A stretch of 64,000 nucleotides of DNA from Geosiphon pyriformis uo1 (Eukaryota > Fungi > Glomeromycota), in assembly GCA_016748015.1 (NCBI GenBank), contig JAAOMT010000772.1, positions 189,541 to 253,540 on the forward strand, read 5' to 3'. Under the pieces are notes generated by a model. The model searched no databases and was not told the origin of the DNA. It saw nothing but the letters and a program-made list of their open reading frames with translations. The translations under genes were made by a program, and so were the position numbers. Positions 15,198 through 27,900 of the stretch are shown here, one piece after another; the stretch's first letter is position 1; each line of letters begins with the position of its first letter.

Positions 15198-17460
15198 TGA
15201 AAAAGACTTGATATCCTTTATACAACTCAGGAAAAACTTTCAACCAAGGATGTATGAGAATTTCAAGAAAAGCCACAATTCACTTCAATTCAAATTAAAA
15301 AGTGGACACGCGGCTAGCAATCCAACCAAAAACTTTTATAAAATAATATAACAGAAGATAGAGGGGGATGCGCGTCCTTCTCAGCTGAACACTTAAGAGT
15401 CAGCAAACAGATGAGCAAAACCTTCACTTTTCAAACCAAGATCAAAAACACTATTAAAAGGTTTTCGAGTTCTCAAAAAAGACCTGCTGAGGTCAACATT
15501 ATCACTGAGAGGGTTTAATGCTTTCATAATAAAATTATCATTAACCTCTTTTAAGTTTTTACCAAATAATTTATTTTAATCATATTTGTTTATACTTTAG
15601 ATATCAAAGACTATTAGAAATCGTGAGAATTCATTTGTACTACCTCATAATATATTCCTCCATAATTCTTGTTCACCATCCACTTAAAAATTTTATACAC
15701 TGCTAAAAAACTATAGATTGGGGCCCCGAAATTTTGCAATCCACAAAAATTAATTAGGTGTACCCATATATTTAAGTTATTTTAGCGCGAAAGCCCTTGA
15801 AGGCTAAAATCCGCCACAACTCTAAAGAAATGAAATTTCAATCAAATAAATAAATAAATAACATAGCAAGAAATAAAAATAACCGGGAATCAGCAGAAAA
15901 CTGTTAATTTATACAATATTATACTATTATACAAAGTTATTAAGGTAACGACGTGATTATTATATATTTAAATTATAATATTAATAATTAACACAAAAAA
16001 CTAGTAATTTTGAATTATTAAATAAAAATACTGATTTTAATATAATATTATATTAAACTATGTAATGATTAAGAATTGTATATTTTGTTATAATTTTCAT
16101 TAATTTTCAATTATATTATCATTTTATTTGTTAAATTAAATTAATAATAATAATAATAATAATAAAATTAAAATTTAATTTGGACTATATGTATTGGTTA
16201 AAAAAATAATAAAAATATATTAACAATTCAATAAATCTATTTTAAAATAATATAATTGGTTTTATTAAGTTTTAAATAAAATAAACAGGTTTAAAACATA
16301 ATTCAAATAATAATAATAATAATTTTAACAATAATTTAAATGAAAAAAATCAACAATAAATAAATATATTTTCGATTTTAATTAATCAATTTATAATTAA
16401 CATTAATTTAAAATTTTTTTTATAATGTAAATATAAATTATTTTTAATAATATAAATAAAATTTACAAAAATTATCTAATTACAAATAAAGATTTTATAA
16501 TTCTAATTTTAAAAATTAGATTTTGTTTAAATAATATGATATATATATTTAAAATATAAATATTAAAACATAAAATTTTAATTTTCAAATAAATCTATAA
16601 ATGAGTAATTTTTAAAAAATTTTTTTTTAACTTTAATATTCCATTATTTTTTTTAACAATCATTTTTTCATTTTTAACAATTATCATAAGATTTACCAAA
16701 AAAAAATTTTTTTTTTATAAAAGCTCTGTTTCGAATGTCATATGAGTTTTTTTTATTTTCTCTTAAAAATCTTAACCCGTCTCAATGTTTAAACTCATCT
16801 TTTAATATTTTAGTTATTGACCCACCATTAAATTTTTAATAGGTGAAAAAAGATTTTCTTTAATAATCTATGATCACATCATTGGATCTTTGAATTATAC
16901 ACAATTTCGAGCCTCAATAGGATCCAAGATTTTGGATAAATACATCATTTTGTTTAACATTTTATCTATTAATTCAGTTGAAAAGGCTTGATCATTACAT
17001 TTTTTAAAAAAGCTCACATCAAGAAATTATTTTCCCCAAATAATTCTAGCAGCAGTAATTTTGAGATGATGAATCCGGTTTACGATAGTAACAGCCTTTT
17101 CAAAAAATGTAGGATTACAAGTTTGGAATTCGAAGTGATGGTCTTTAACCATTAATCTTCAAGTTTAATAAATCAAAGAAGCATTTCCAAAAATAAATAC
17201 AATTTTTTCACGAATTCTAAATTATGATGATGAGATTTTTACAAATTAAAAATTTAACATTTAAGGACTCAAGTTGATCATGTAAACACCATTCAATTTT
17301 CAATAAAAGTTTCTGCATTACATTTTAAAACTATGAGGTAAAGAAGAAGAAGAGTTTAGAAAATTTCAAGTTAGAACAAATTTTATTATAATAGCAAGAA
17401 GGTAAAAGGGAAATGAAATATATATGGAGGTTCTAGATCTAAATTCTCTTGATTCGTGAT

Positions 17461-18006
17461 CTAGTGACCATTATCATTTCTGAGACGACCTGCTTCCCTT
17501 GTTCTCGACAAGGCCCGACCTAATCCTTTTGTCACCCCAAGAGTATCAACCTCAACTTCTTGATACAAATATCGGATGACTGTACCAATTAGCTTCAATG
17601 TTTCGAAGCAACCATAACCTAACATGACAAAAGCGAACGCGACACATCCAGAGAATATGGCAAATCCAATCACTGGTAAGACAACACCACAACCCAATAA
17701 GATAAAGAAACCTTCAACAAAGAATATGAAACCGCCTGCAATCCCGAAGCAAATTAGTGTTGTCACTGCTAAATAAGCGAGAAAGATCACTACGGGAATG
17801 GCATTTAATGCGCCGGCACCATAAAGGAACCAACCGAGTGGTGGAAATGTTTCCCAAATCCAATTTAGAGAATTGGTTACGGGAGCTGCATATCCTTTTA
17901 GACTGCCAAAGATTGATTGAGTTTTTTGTTTCGCAGTATCTGCTGTTTCTCTAGCTATTTGCATAGCCTCTTCCAAGTAACTTTGATCACCACCACTGGT
18001 CGCCAT
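17461..18006 (-). CDS. Promethin/LDAF1 (TMEM159)-like lipid-droplet membrane protein, single exon, 181 aa
   Basis: Long hydrophobic hairpin region PPLGWFLY..NAIPVVIFLAYLAVTTL..EGFFILLGCGVVLPVIG resembles the promethin pattern (SAVPVGFFL..TTL..EGLVI). ATG in ATAATGGC context; host-like GC. Confidence 0.65.
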   Translation of the reverse strand: MATSGGDQSYLEEAMQIARETADTAKQKTQSIFGSLKGYAAPVTNSLNWIWETFPPLGWFLYGAGALNAIPVVIFLAYLAVTTLICFGIAGGFIFFVEGFFILLGCGVVLPVIGFAIFSGCVAFAFVMLGYGCFETLKLIGTVIRYLYQEVEVDTLGVTKGLGRALSRTREAGRLRNDNGH

Positions 18007-18422
18007 TATGATAAATAGGGATAAATATTTTTCGTTTCAATTTGGAGAGTTGATTTTGAGGTTATTTTTTTTCTCAAATAGGAAATATCTTTTGGTTTAT
18101 TTATACGAGTTTTAGAAATGTAATAAAAATTAAAATTTTGATCATCTTTAACATAAATATCAACGTCTTGACGTTATGATGATTCTTATTTAAAAGTATC
18201 GTTCCATCAATCGCAGTTTTTTTGAAAGGAATGATTTTTCCAGTGATCCATTATGTTTTCCATGGTGAAAAAAGGAACGATTAGAAAACCACAAAAATGA
18301 ATGAAAAAATGAATAGGTAAAAATATATATTAGGTTTGTTTCATGATTTTTCTTTTTGACATGATAATGAATTTTTTTTTCTAAAAAAAGGGTTGTAAGA
18401 TTCATTTTAAAAACCTGAAAAA

Positions 18423-18423
<1 letters not shown>

Positions 18424-18464
<41 letters not shown>
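18424..18464. repeat. (ATT)n microsatellite, ~13 units
   Basis: Perfect ATT tandem array seen directly. Confidence 0.9.
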
Positions 18465-19424
18465 CACTACTTATCTAGAGTAAATACCGAAATCATCCCT
18501 AATTTTTTCGCCATCACCATGACGTTTTTTCAAGTTATCAATCGTTTAACCTGGTGATTTATATATACTTTAAAAGAATATACAGGTGACAGTACAATTT
18601 TACGTAGTTACCATGGAAAAGGGTATTCTTCTTTCTAATTTTCAAAAAACTTATCAAAATCAAACTTTGTGATTATATAATGATCAATTAAAGGTTTTTC
18701 CATAGATTTCCATCCTGACTTTAATTTCTTTGGTTCAGTTAAAATAACCATGAGTATTCAAGTTTCTTATGACGACCAATGATTAAAATCCAAGAAATCT
18801 TTTTCTATCTATTTTAAATATTTCATCTCAAGTAAATTTTCTTAACAAAAAAGTTTGTAAAAAAAATTTAATCAATAATATATTGATTAAAATTTCGTTT
18901 AGATTTGTTTAGTCATTTTTATACTAATTTTTGTTTTAAAATTATACATCTGATTTTTATCTGAATTTGATTATTTTAAACGTTATGAATTTTTATTATA
19001 ATCTTTCTGAATTGACCCAACTACCTAACTTATGACACTATTCTGATCTTGCAAATTAGCTAAATTATATATAGTAAAAATTTAATTAGAATTTAATTAC
19101 ACCTCGTATGTCTTATGTCATTATATGGAAAGTACTGATATAAATGCAATTCAAGTGATAGAAAAATAATAAGCTGTACTGTTAAAGGTTCTCTTATCAT
19201 GTGAAGTGAAGTGAATGAAAAGAATCACTAATTAAGCGATCTTTCTAAATTAAAAAATACTTTGTTAAATTAAAGTTACCTTTGAATTTCGATTATAGGC
19301 AAAGAATTACCTCAAAAATTATATACTTATTTGAAAGTTGGCACAGAAGATTAAAGGCATATTATCAGCATGTGTATCATCCACAGTTCAAATTCGATAC
19401 CACCATAAAAGGGTTATGTAAAAA

Positions 19425-19676
19425 TTATTGCGACCATCTCAAAGATATACTTCTCAATATTCTATAAAAAGGAGCCATTGGATCGACTCGTTCAGTTCCA
19501 GCAGCTTCATTGGAATCAGAAAGAATGGTTCTTTTAACAAAGCCTAAATCACCAACACCAGCATCCCTCGCTAATCGAGGATCACAAAAACTTTTCAATC
19601 TTTTACTGGTTCCTGCACCAATCGAGTGATTGGGAAATTTATTAAAGGCGCTAAAAACGATAATGGTTTTTGACAT
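19425..19676 (-). CDS. Possible small protein (83 aa), unknown function
   Basis: GC-richer, CpG-containing island in AT-rich intergenic DNA; ATG in strong CACCATGTC context; no recognisable domain. Confidence 0.3.
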   Translation of the reverse strand: MSKTIIVFSAFNKFPNHSIGAGTSKRLKSFCDPRLARDAGVGDLGFVKRTILSDSNEAAGTERVDPMAPFYRILRSISLRWSQ

Positions 19677-21123
19677 GGTGAAACCCTTAAAACTTCAATG
19701 ATTTTGATGACCTGTTCTGGGAGATTGTAAATTGGTATGGCCGAGATTTGAAAGAAAAAAATGCTAAAAAGATCATGGAATAAGGATTGGATTCTCATTC
19801 TTAGAAAACAATATTTTAATTTACTGTATTTGATTATTCATTGAATCTTATGCTTGTTTATAAAAAAAAGAAAAAAGAAACTTGTAATAAATATCGATTT
19901 CAAAAAAAGGTGTCAAGGGCAAGAATTTCAATCAATCAATGGGATTAAAAAATCACTGATGTGAAAAATAGCATTAGAATAGTTTCAAATTTTCAGCTTT
20001 AATAATTCTAACTCACGGTATAGTTATAGTATTAGAAAACTGGGATGGCGAACAAAACCATTATAATTTATTTCTCTTTTTCAGAAAGTGGAAGAGTACT
20101 CTATAACCAGAATACATCTCTATCACATAATAAATGACTGTATTATCTCTTCTTTTAGCTGGTTTTTTACACCATGACTAATTAATAAATTTGAATATCA
20201 GCAATATGTTTGAATCAATTTATAATAAAAATTTATTTATTTCTAACCACTCCTCATATCTTTTTCAATGTCAACAAATAATGTAGAAATTTCCTTCGGA
20301 AAAAATTAATGTCAAATAGTTTATTTAGGATAATTATAATTATAATTTATTAAAGATTAAAATTCTAGGCTCAAAGATATATTTGAATAAAAATTTAATT
20401 TTAATGTTTTTGTCATTTCAGCGCAAGAGAATGTTTGCACTTGCACTTTCATTCTAAAATACCCTTCTTTCCTTGAGAGATTAGTATACTTTTTTTTTTA
20501 TATAAAGAAAATTCTAATTTTTACTTAATGCGCTTTTTTTTCAATAGAAATTATTTTGTTTTTTGTCATTTATTAAATTTTTGTATTTCACTATTATAAT
20601 TTTTTGTATAAAACAATTTTTGCTTCGTATTTTTATTAAAAAATATTATTGTTAAATTTCGGGGTTTTTTTTGAAATAACACTTTTAATGCTTGATAATA
20701 ATTTCTCAAATTTCCATTAAATTTTCAGAGTGTATACTTTTGGTTGATTTCTTTTTATGAAATAAAATCAACCAAAGATCTTTTTAAAACTCTCTCTCTC
20801 ATCTACCCTAAAAACTAAATATTTAATAAAATTTTTTTTGTAAACTCAGAGAGGTTTCGATTATTTGATGCGAGGAATTTTTGTATGGAAAACTAAAGTT
20901 TTATTGCAAAGAAATATCCTCAAGTTCTTGAGATATATAAGTCCTTTATGTTATCCCTAATCTTAATTTCAATGAATATATAAGAGGCAAATTTCCCTCA
21001 TGATTTTGCTATTTGAAAACTAGCTATTTCTTCGATTGATTAAAGGAAAGTTAAAATATCCTTGGATTCTTGGGAGAGAATCCAACCAGCCAAGCCCTAA
21101 ATCTTGTTGGGAATAAATAAGTT

Positions 21124-22755
21124 TCAAATGATAAAGTTGTCAAGATAGCTTGGTGATTGATCGAATTCAATATTTTCCACAATCTCAACCACAGTTTTTA
21201 ACTCAACTAGCAAAGCCTCGGTAAATTGATCCGTAATTCGCAATAGTTCAGCAATCACACTGCTGAATCCAACTTCTTGTACAGAGCCCTTTTCCCTAGC
21301 AAATTTCAGGATAGTTTTTATATGGTTATCATCAAAATTTTCGGCATTTCCAAATCCAATCCGAGAAATAGGCCACTCCCGTTTCTCAAAAAACTGCGAG
21401 AGAGCATCATTGCTGATTGTTCCAATATCGATGTAAATATATCGGACACTTTGGGGCAATTCATAAGCCAAACTTATCCAGAAATCGTCTGCTTGTATGT
21501 GTGGACTTCTTGGACAACGAATAGAGAGACATTTCAGATGGCTCAAGCACCCAAGAAGATTGAGAAAAGCAGGATTACTTGATTCGTCAATATTGACGGC
21601 CAGGAGGGTAATGTTGGGACAGCAAATTGCCAATGTATCTAATAATTGTCTCGGGCACTCGTTAGTGATAATGAGCTCCTTTAAGTGGATAGATGATTGC
21701 GAGACAAACGGAATTAAAACATTTCCGTTAAGATTCCAACATTCAAAATAAATTTGTTTTAATTTCATTGGACCTTGGGCCATCGCTTCAAACCTCGGAA
21801 GTGCCTCTTCAGTATCTATCGAGGTCGTGCATTCATAAATGACAAGCGTTTCTAGATTAGTAAATTCTTCGAGATGTTCTAGTTGCGTTGTTGAAAACCA
21901 GTATTCGACATATTTCAATTGTAGCCATCTCAATGATTTCATATGTAGCCTGAGGATAGAAAAGATTTCAGTATCACTGTCTGGATAATGAAGTAGCTCG
22001 ACACGCTCGAGACCTTTTTGCAAAGCTATAATTTCCAATATCAGCTGTGTTCGTAATTCATTACAATTGTGAAAGTCAACTCGCAAACACTTCAAATTTC
22101 GTGACACGCGATTAACAATATCCAGAGCCTTTGAGACGTTTTCTAAATCTGAATGTTCGTAATAAATGTATTTTCCACCAAATTCAAATTGTTTCAGTTG
22201 ACTAAATGCATTCTCAACATTTTCAAACTCTGAGAAGTCGGGTATGACGGAATATTTTCTCGTTTTCCAATATATTAGTCTTTCGAACGAGCGGGATTCT
22301 CGAAGGATCAGTCGCATAATGGCGTTTATCGCCATGAATGAATTTTTGCTCAAGACCGGCATTCTCATACTGGATTGAAATTCCTTGAGAATCCAAGCCC
22401 TCACAGCCAATTCCACCCCATCCGAATGTAATTCTTTGATGAATTCAGCATATTTGAAAACGGGTTGTGTAAGTGTTGCAGGAAATGGGAATCCGACACC
22501 TATTAAAGTTAATTTTTCCTCTTCAGGAAGTGAAGCCAATAAAATTGATATCACAGGAATTGCCAATCGAAGGTGCCCAGGATTAATCGGTGAAGACCAA
22601 AGCGTGGGAATCACTAATCGGCACCAAGCACGATTTACAAGTGCACATGAGAACAACGTTGCTTTATCATCCAATAGATTTTGAAATATTTCATCAAGAC
22701 AATCAAGGGCTAAAGGGCCAACTGTGGTTGTTTGATCGTGGATGACTTCGTTCAT
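21124..22755 (-). CDS. F-box / RNI-like leucine-rich-repeat protein, intronless, 543 aa
   Basis: N-terminal F-box DCLDEIFQNLLDDKATLFSCALVNRAWCRLVIPTLWSSP, then LxxLxL repeats (NLKCLRVD, SLRWLQL, NLETLVI, HLKELII, CPNITLL, HLKCLSI). Typical of the expanded glomeromycotan F-box family. Confidence 0.85.
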   Translation of the reverse strand: MNEVIHDQTTTVGPLALDCLDEIFQNLLDDKATLFSCALVNRAWCRLVIPTLWSSPINPGHLRLAIPVISILLASLPEEEKLTLIGVGFPFPATLTQPVFKYAEFIKELHSDGVELAVRAWILKEFQSSMRMPVLSKNSFMAINAIMRLILRESRSFERLIYWKTRKYSVIPDFSEFENVENAFSQLKQFEFGGKYIYYEHSDLENVSKALDIVNRVSRNLKCLRVDFHNCNELRTQLILEIIALQKGLERVELLHYPDSDTEIFSILRLHMKSLRWLQLKYVEYWFSTTQLEHLEEFTNLETLVIYECTTSIDTEEALPRFEAMAQGPMKLKQIYFECWNLNGNVLIPFVSQSSIHLKELIITNECPRQLLDTLAICCPNITLLAVNIDESSNPAFLNLLGCLSHLKCLSIRCPRSPHIQADDFWISLAYELPQSVRYIYIDIGTISNDALSQFFEKREWPISRIGFGNAENFDDNHIKTILKFAREKGSVQEVGFSSVIAELLRITDQFTEALLVELKTVVEIVENIEFDQSPSYLDNFII

Positions 22756-24990
22756 TTTAAAACCAAGTTGAAAAATGGACTGGCTAATGAGGGGAATAGC
22801 AGGTCTTTTATTGGCTCAGAAATTTGATGATATCCTGATTTGCGACTTGCATCATAAGCCATTCAAGCGTAGTAGATTATAATATTTTCATCTAAAAATT
22901 ATTAAATACATATAATCGCAGGAAATTAAATGAGTTCTAATTTTAAAGGTCTCAGAATTTGGTAAGCCTTGAACTTGTACAAATGACGCAACAGAATTGT
23001 GGTCTATTAGTTACACTGATTAAAAGAAGGGATATGTACCAAAAAGTGGCTCAGCAAAGCTAACATAAGTTCATTCAAAAAATTTATGGGCTCAAAACTA
23101 AAGAGTTACATGTTCGAACTGAATAGAAATGATCAAGTTTTTAAAAATTATGTTATATTAAAAGCCATATACTGTGAAGCGTTACAAAGTTCCCCAAGAA
23201 AAAGTTAACGGTTTAAAATAGAGATCTATATATTTATCCGATATCTGTATATTATGTCGATTTACCTTTACCACATGCGAAAGTTTCCCTAAAAAATTAT
23301 CAATCTATGACATGCGCTATTGCCAACCCTAAAGCCCAGAGTTTAAAAAAGATTTTGCCTGCGATCAGTCATCCGAGTACGAACTGACCGCTTTCTACAT
23401 AGAGTAAATTTTATTAATGATATTATCATCACCGACATAGCAACAATGATTCCCTATAGATAAGGAATAAGCATTAAAAACAATAATTAACTGACATCAA
23501 AATACGCAGCATTAGTACATACAATCTTCAAGATTATAGGGAATGAAAGAGGCGCGACAAATTTTTCCAGCCCTTCCCCTATAATTTCCATATAAACAGC
23601 GAATCTGCGATTTAAAGAGATGAATAATTTATATTCAAAATGATAGTGCTAAGAAAGACATGCCACTATTCTTCCTGATGAAGCTGAAGACTTACTTTGA
23701 ATGAGAACTGCCATCCATATGAGAGCACGTGAATTTTGAGTTAATTATTCTATATCATTGAGAAAATAGTATCCGTAGGCAACTCAGAAAACTCAATTAT
23801 GGGCTTTCTCAATAATGTCAAAAAGGATATTCCTCCCATTTTATGCAATCCTCCTCTAATACGGGCCTCCTTAAATGTTCCGAACACTCATTTTCCAAAT
23901 ATTTTAGAGTGCATCTTCGCGCCTGTCGCTCAGTCTCTACAAAACCGAAAGTTGAAAAGAATTAGCATCATCTTAAATTCAAATATATCTCATTTGGCAG
24001 CGGCGCCTTAATATACCCATCTAATCAATTATACGCCATCACCACCTGATGCGTAAAAGTTTAATCTCGCTTTCACATCCTCTTTCAGCATCAAACAAAC
24101 GTAACACGGCGGTATTAGCATCAAAATGGGTATTGTTACATTCCTACAAAGAATAAATCCCTATCTACTTGAGTGACGAGACTAACATAAAAGTTGCAGT
24201 CTGTAAGGTAAGCAGAGAAAAACGTTTGAAGTCTCACTTCAATATCCAGTTGTTGCGATCGGTGACTACTTGGCTGTGAAGTCGCGCGTTAGTTCCCAAA
24301 GATAATAGCAATGCTTGTGTCAACAGCATTTTCTATTTTGGCAAAATAATTCATGTCAATTTGAAAACTCTAAAGTTCGCAGTTCGGAATGATGCAGGCA
24401 CTAAGTTTTAGTGAACAAACCTCGTCTTCGTCTTGGGTGCCGGAAACCTCAGACTCCTGCTCAAAACTATATTGTGGGATAGAGCTTTGAGCAGATTTTT
24501 GCAGTTGTAAAGCTTCCATATTTTTTAAAAAAAGTGATCTCTGAGAAAAATGACTTAAAATTGGCTAAATAACCCTAACTTAATACAATGATTATGATCA
24601 AATCTAACTAACACTCTGAGTTTTAACTCGAATAATTCACAATGATAAGCTTCACACATTCATATAATCCTACCTATCTTTATAACTGACAATTTATTCA
24701 CAATCCTCTTTACTACATGAAGTGATATAGCTCTCTATGACGAATTTAGTCCCTGTTTATCCTCTTAACTCAATGGAAAAAATTCAACAGACGCAAGATT
24801 TCCACAAAATGATTGAACTACAGAAAACCGCATGATTTAGTTCGAATTTCCTGTCCTATAATCTTGATTTCGTTTTTTCTCGATTATTTAGTAAAACCAA
24901 TGATCCATTTTTTGAGCTCTCATATCGGAGAGAAGGTTGATGCAAAAATGTTTTTTTTTTAATCTTTTATTGAAGTTCTAAAAATCAAAA

Positions 24991-27900
24991 CTATCCCTTG
25001 GATTGCTTATCCCATCTTGTTCGCCTCTTTGGCGCAGCACTATCACTACGAAATTGTTCATTTGGTGGCCCACTCACTAAACCTAGAGCTGGTACAGATA
25101 TTGATCTTTGATCCATTTCTGCAAATTGTTTTTGTAGTTGTTCAATCGTAGGTGGTGGAGGTGGGTTAGTAGAATTGAAATTAGGGATTGCTGGTGGCGG
25201 TGGCTGCAATGGAACGCTATAATTCGATAAAGATATGCCGGGTGGCATTGTTGGTGAATGTTGTATTGGTGTTGCTGTTGGGGGAGGAGTCGTTTGTTTT
25301 TTTGATTTTCCGAATAAAAGTAAACGAGTTTCTGGGGATGGATATTCAGGCAATTGAGAAATAATATTTGTTTGTGGATCTGTTGGTCTAGTTGCTTCTA
25401 TTGGAGGTCCACTTGGAGTAAAACCATGTGGTGGATGTAGCTGTTGTGGCGTCCCAAAAGGTGGGACGTTTGCTGGTGGACTATATTGTAATTGTTCAGA
25501 TGAAGGAGGCCCTTGATGGGGAGGTGGTACTGCTTGATTTTGTTGTTGGGGATCCTCTGATCCCCATGATCTAACCGAGTCTTGTGTAGGTGGGACACGT
25601 GGAGGTCGTCTTGGTGATGGAGGATTTGGTTCCCATGATGTATCAGAGAGCTTCCTGGAGCTTGAAGGATTATATGTTCGGTCATCGGGTCTATCACGAC
25701 CCTCGTAACTATCCGCACTTCCTCGTCTCATACGACGGGAAGGGGGGCTTCGACTTCTATCCCAATCTCGATCGCGATCTCTATCCCTGTACCATTCCTG
25801 GTCTCGATCCCGATTCCAATTTTTATCCTTTTTATGCCAGTCTTTGCGTCCAGTTCGTGAATTATTATGATGGGGATGATGATCTTCAAAATGTGGGAAC
25901 TGTCTTTTATTATTTTTGGAAGACCCACTTGAGGGTCCTTCGCCGATCACAATATCCGGTTCTTCTACTGCGACACCTCCAATCAATGCACGCCCACCAG
26001 TACCCCCAACTCCTGTGGTCGTCAACCATCTCTTATCTGTTTCCGTTAGCCGAGCCAAAGGAATGACAGATTCCCCAATTTTAAAATTATAACAATCTTT
26101 TGGACCGAATCCAACACCCCAACGTACCTGTAAAATTGCACGAATTGAATTAAGAGGCAATATTTGCAATTATTTTTCTCAATAGAATTTAAATCTTCAA
26201 TACATATACCTCAAGCTTAGTTATTTCAGAGCCACCTTCAGCCATCAATGCTCGCAATGTTGCAGCTCGATTTCCCATTTTTACGAATGCGTTACTTTTA
26301 TCATAGTTGATCTTGGGGAGATCAAAAATAGATATTTTTTCATTTTAATCAATTTTATAAAATAATGATTGATAGGAAAGCGATAGAATACGCACCGTGA
26401 CAGTAGAAACTTTTCCGTGCTTGGCGAAAATACTTTCAATTTGTTCGTAACTCATTTCCGGCATTACATTACCGACGTATAATGTTCGGCTTAGAACTAT
26501 GAGTAACCAGAACGATATGTTTGATCATATGTAAAACAGTTATTTCGATTAGAAATATAAAAAAATATCTTACCCCTAATGCAATCCTTAGGAATAGTAG
26601 TATCTTCATAAGCTAAAAAACCATTTTCATCAAAAGGTGGTGGTTGATGTTCTGGATGCATCACTTCATGACCGAATGGCGGCCCATGGTGCATGGGAGG
26701 ACCTTCAGGATGTCCCATTGGTGGTCCGTGAAGCATTGGTGGACCCTCATGGTGTCCATGTGGAAGTCCGTGAAGCATTGGTGGACCATCTGGATGACCA
26801 GCTGCTGGTCCTTGGTGGATAGGTGGACCTTCATGATGCCGTGGTGGTGGTCGTTGGTGTGGCGAATCAGTTATTGTCGGTGGCGGGCCAAGATGTGGCT
26901 GTAGCGCATTAGGGCTAAAGTGTTGCTGTGGCGCCGTATGTGGCGCTTGTCCAAGCGGTGGTGGCGAAATTCCAGGTGGTGGTGGATGGAACGAAGGCCC
27001 ATTCATCTGAGGCGGTAGGGCGTTAGGATTCCATCCCGGAGGTGGTGGAAAATTTTGATATCCACTAGAATTATTGTCATTCCAAGCTGCCCCAGGAAAT
27101 AGTGTAGGTGCTCCATGCTGATTATCTGTGGCACCCGGGGGACCCGGCATACTGCCGGGTCGTTGTGGTGGCACCGGTGCCCAAGGCTGCATAGCAGGTG
27201 GAGGGGGTAAATATTGAATTTGTGAATTGGAGGCCATATTATTATTTTGTGAGATTCCTTGATTTGGAGCTTGGCCATTTTGAGGTGGATTAGTCGTCAC
27301 AAGATGGATTGAATTATTAGGTTCTATTCCACTTGTTTGCTGCGGTTGTGCCGGTTGCTGCGGTGAATAAAAATGATTGGCCATTACGTTGAATTGTTCC
27401 GGATGAAATTGAGACGTCGATCCCGAGTTAGCGGCAGTTGATGTCACCTGTTGGTTGCTAAGAAAAATTTGCGATCAGAATGTGATATATTGAATGCGGA
27501 TGATCGATAAGGCGGATATCTCAAAAAAGCCAGAATATGGGAAATACAAATATGAATATTTTCCATTTTTTGCTTAGGATTTTCTTTCATGTCAAGAAAT
27601 TGGAAAAAGACTGGTGAGTCCAGATAAAATGTTTATTTCTGTTTGTGGAAGTTGGAAAACTTGCTCAAACCGATTATGTTGCACATTTTAAAAAAAGTAA
27701 TCCAAGGAAATGTAAATTTCTAGTATCTATTGTCAAACAATGAATTAGAAACGAATAAAAAGGGTTTTAAAAAATGAAAGGGATAACTTTGAAGGGATAA
27801 TAAATCCTGGAAACATCTCTTGCAAAAATGGTTAAAACAACGCTAAATCAAGCAAACCATATGTTATACAAAAGCAATTAATTAACATTTACTTACGCTG

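Noticed and set aside
18867-21085. Short perfect inverted repeats (~18867-18891, 20739-20776, ~21062-21085)
   Set aside because: They are 9-12-bp stems in AT-rich intergenic/UTR DNA, with no TSD or second copy to support a MITE or RNA gene.
24570-24579. TAACCCTAAC, resembling a telomerase RNA template
   Set aside because: A 9-10-mer of this composition is plausible by chance in 64 kb on two strands. No pseudoknot is visible downstream, and it likely lies in or near the NRD1 3' UTR.
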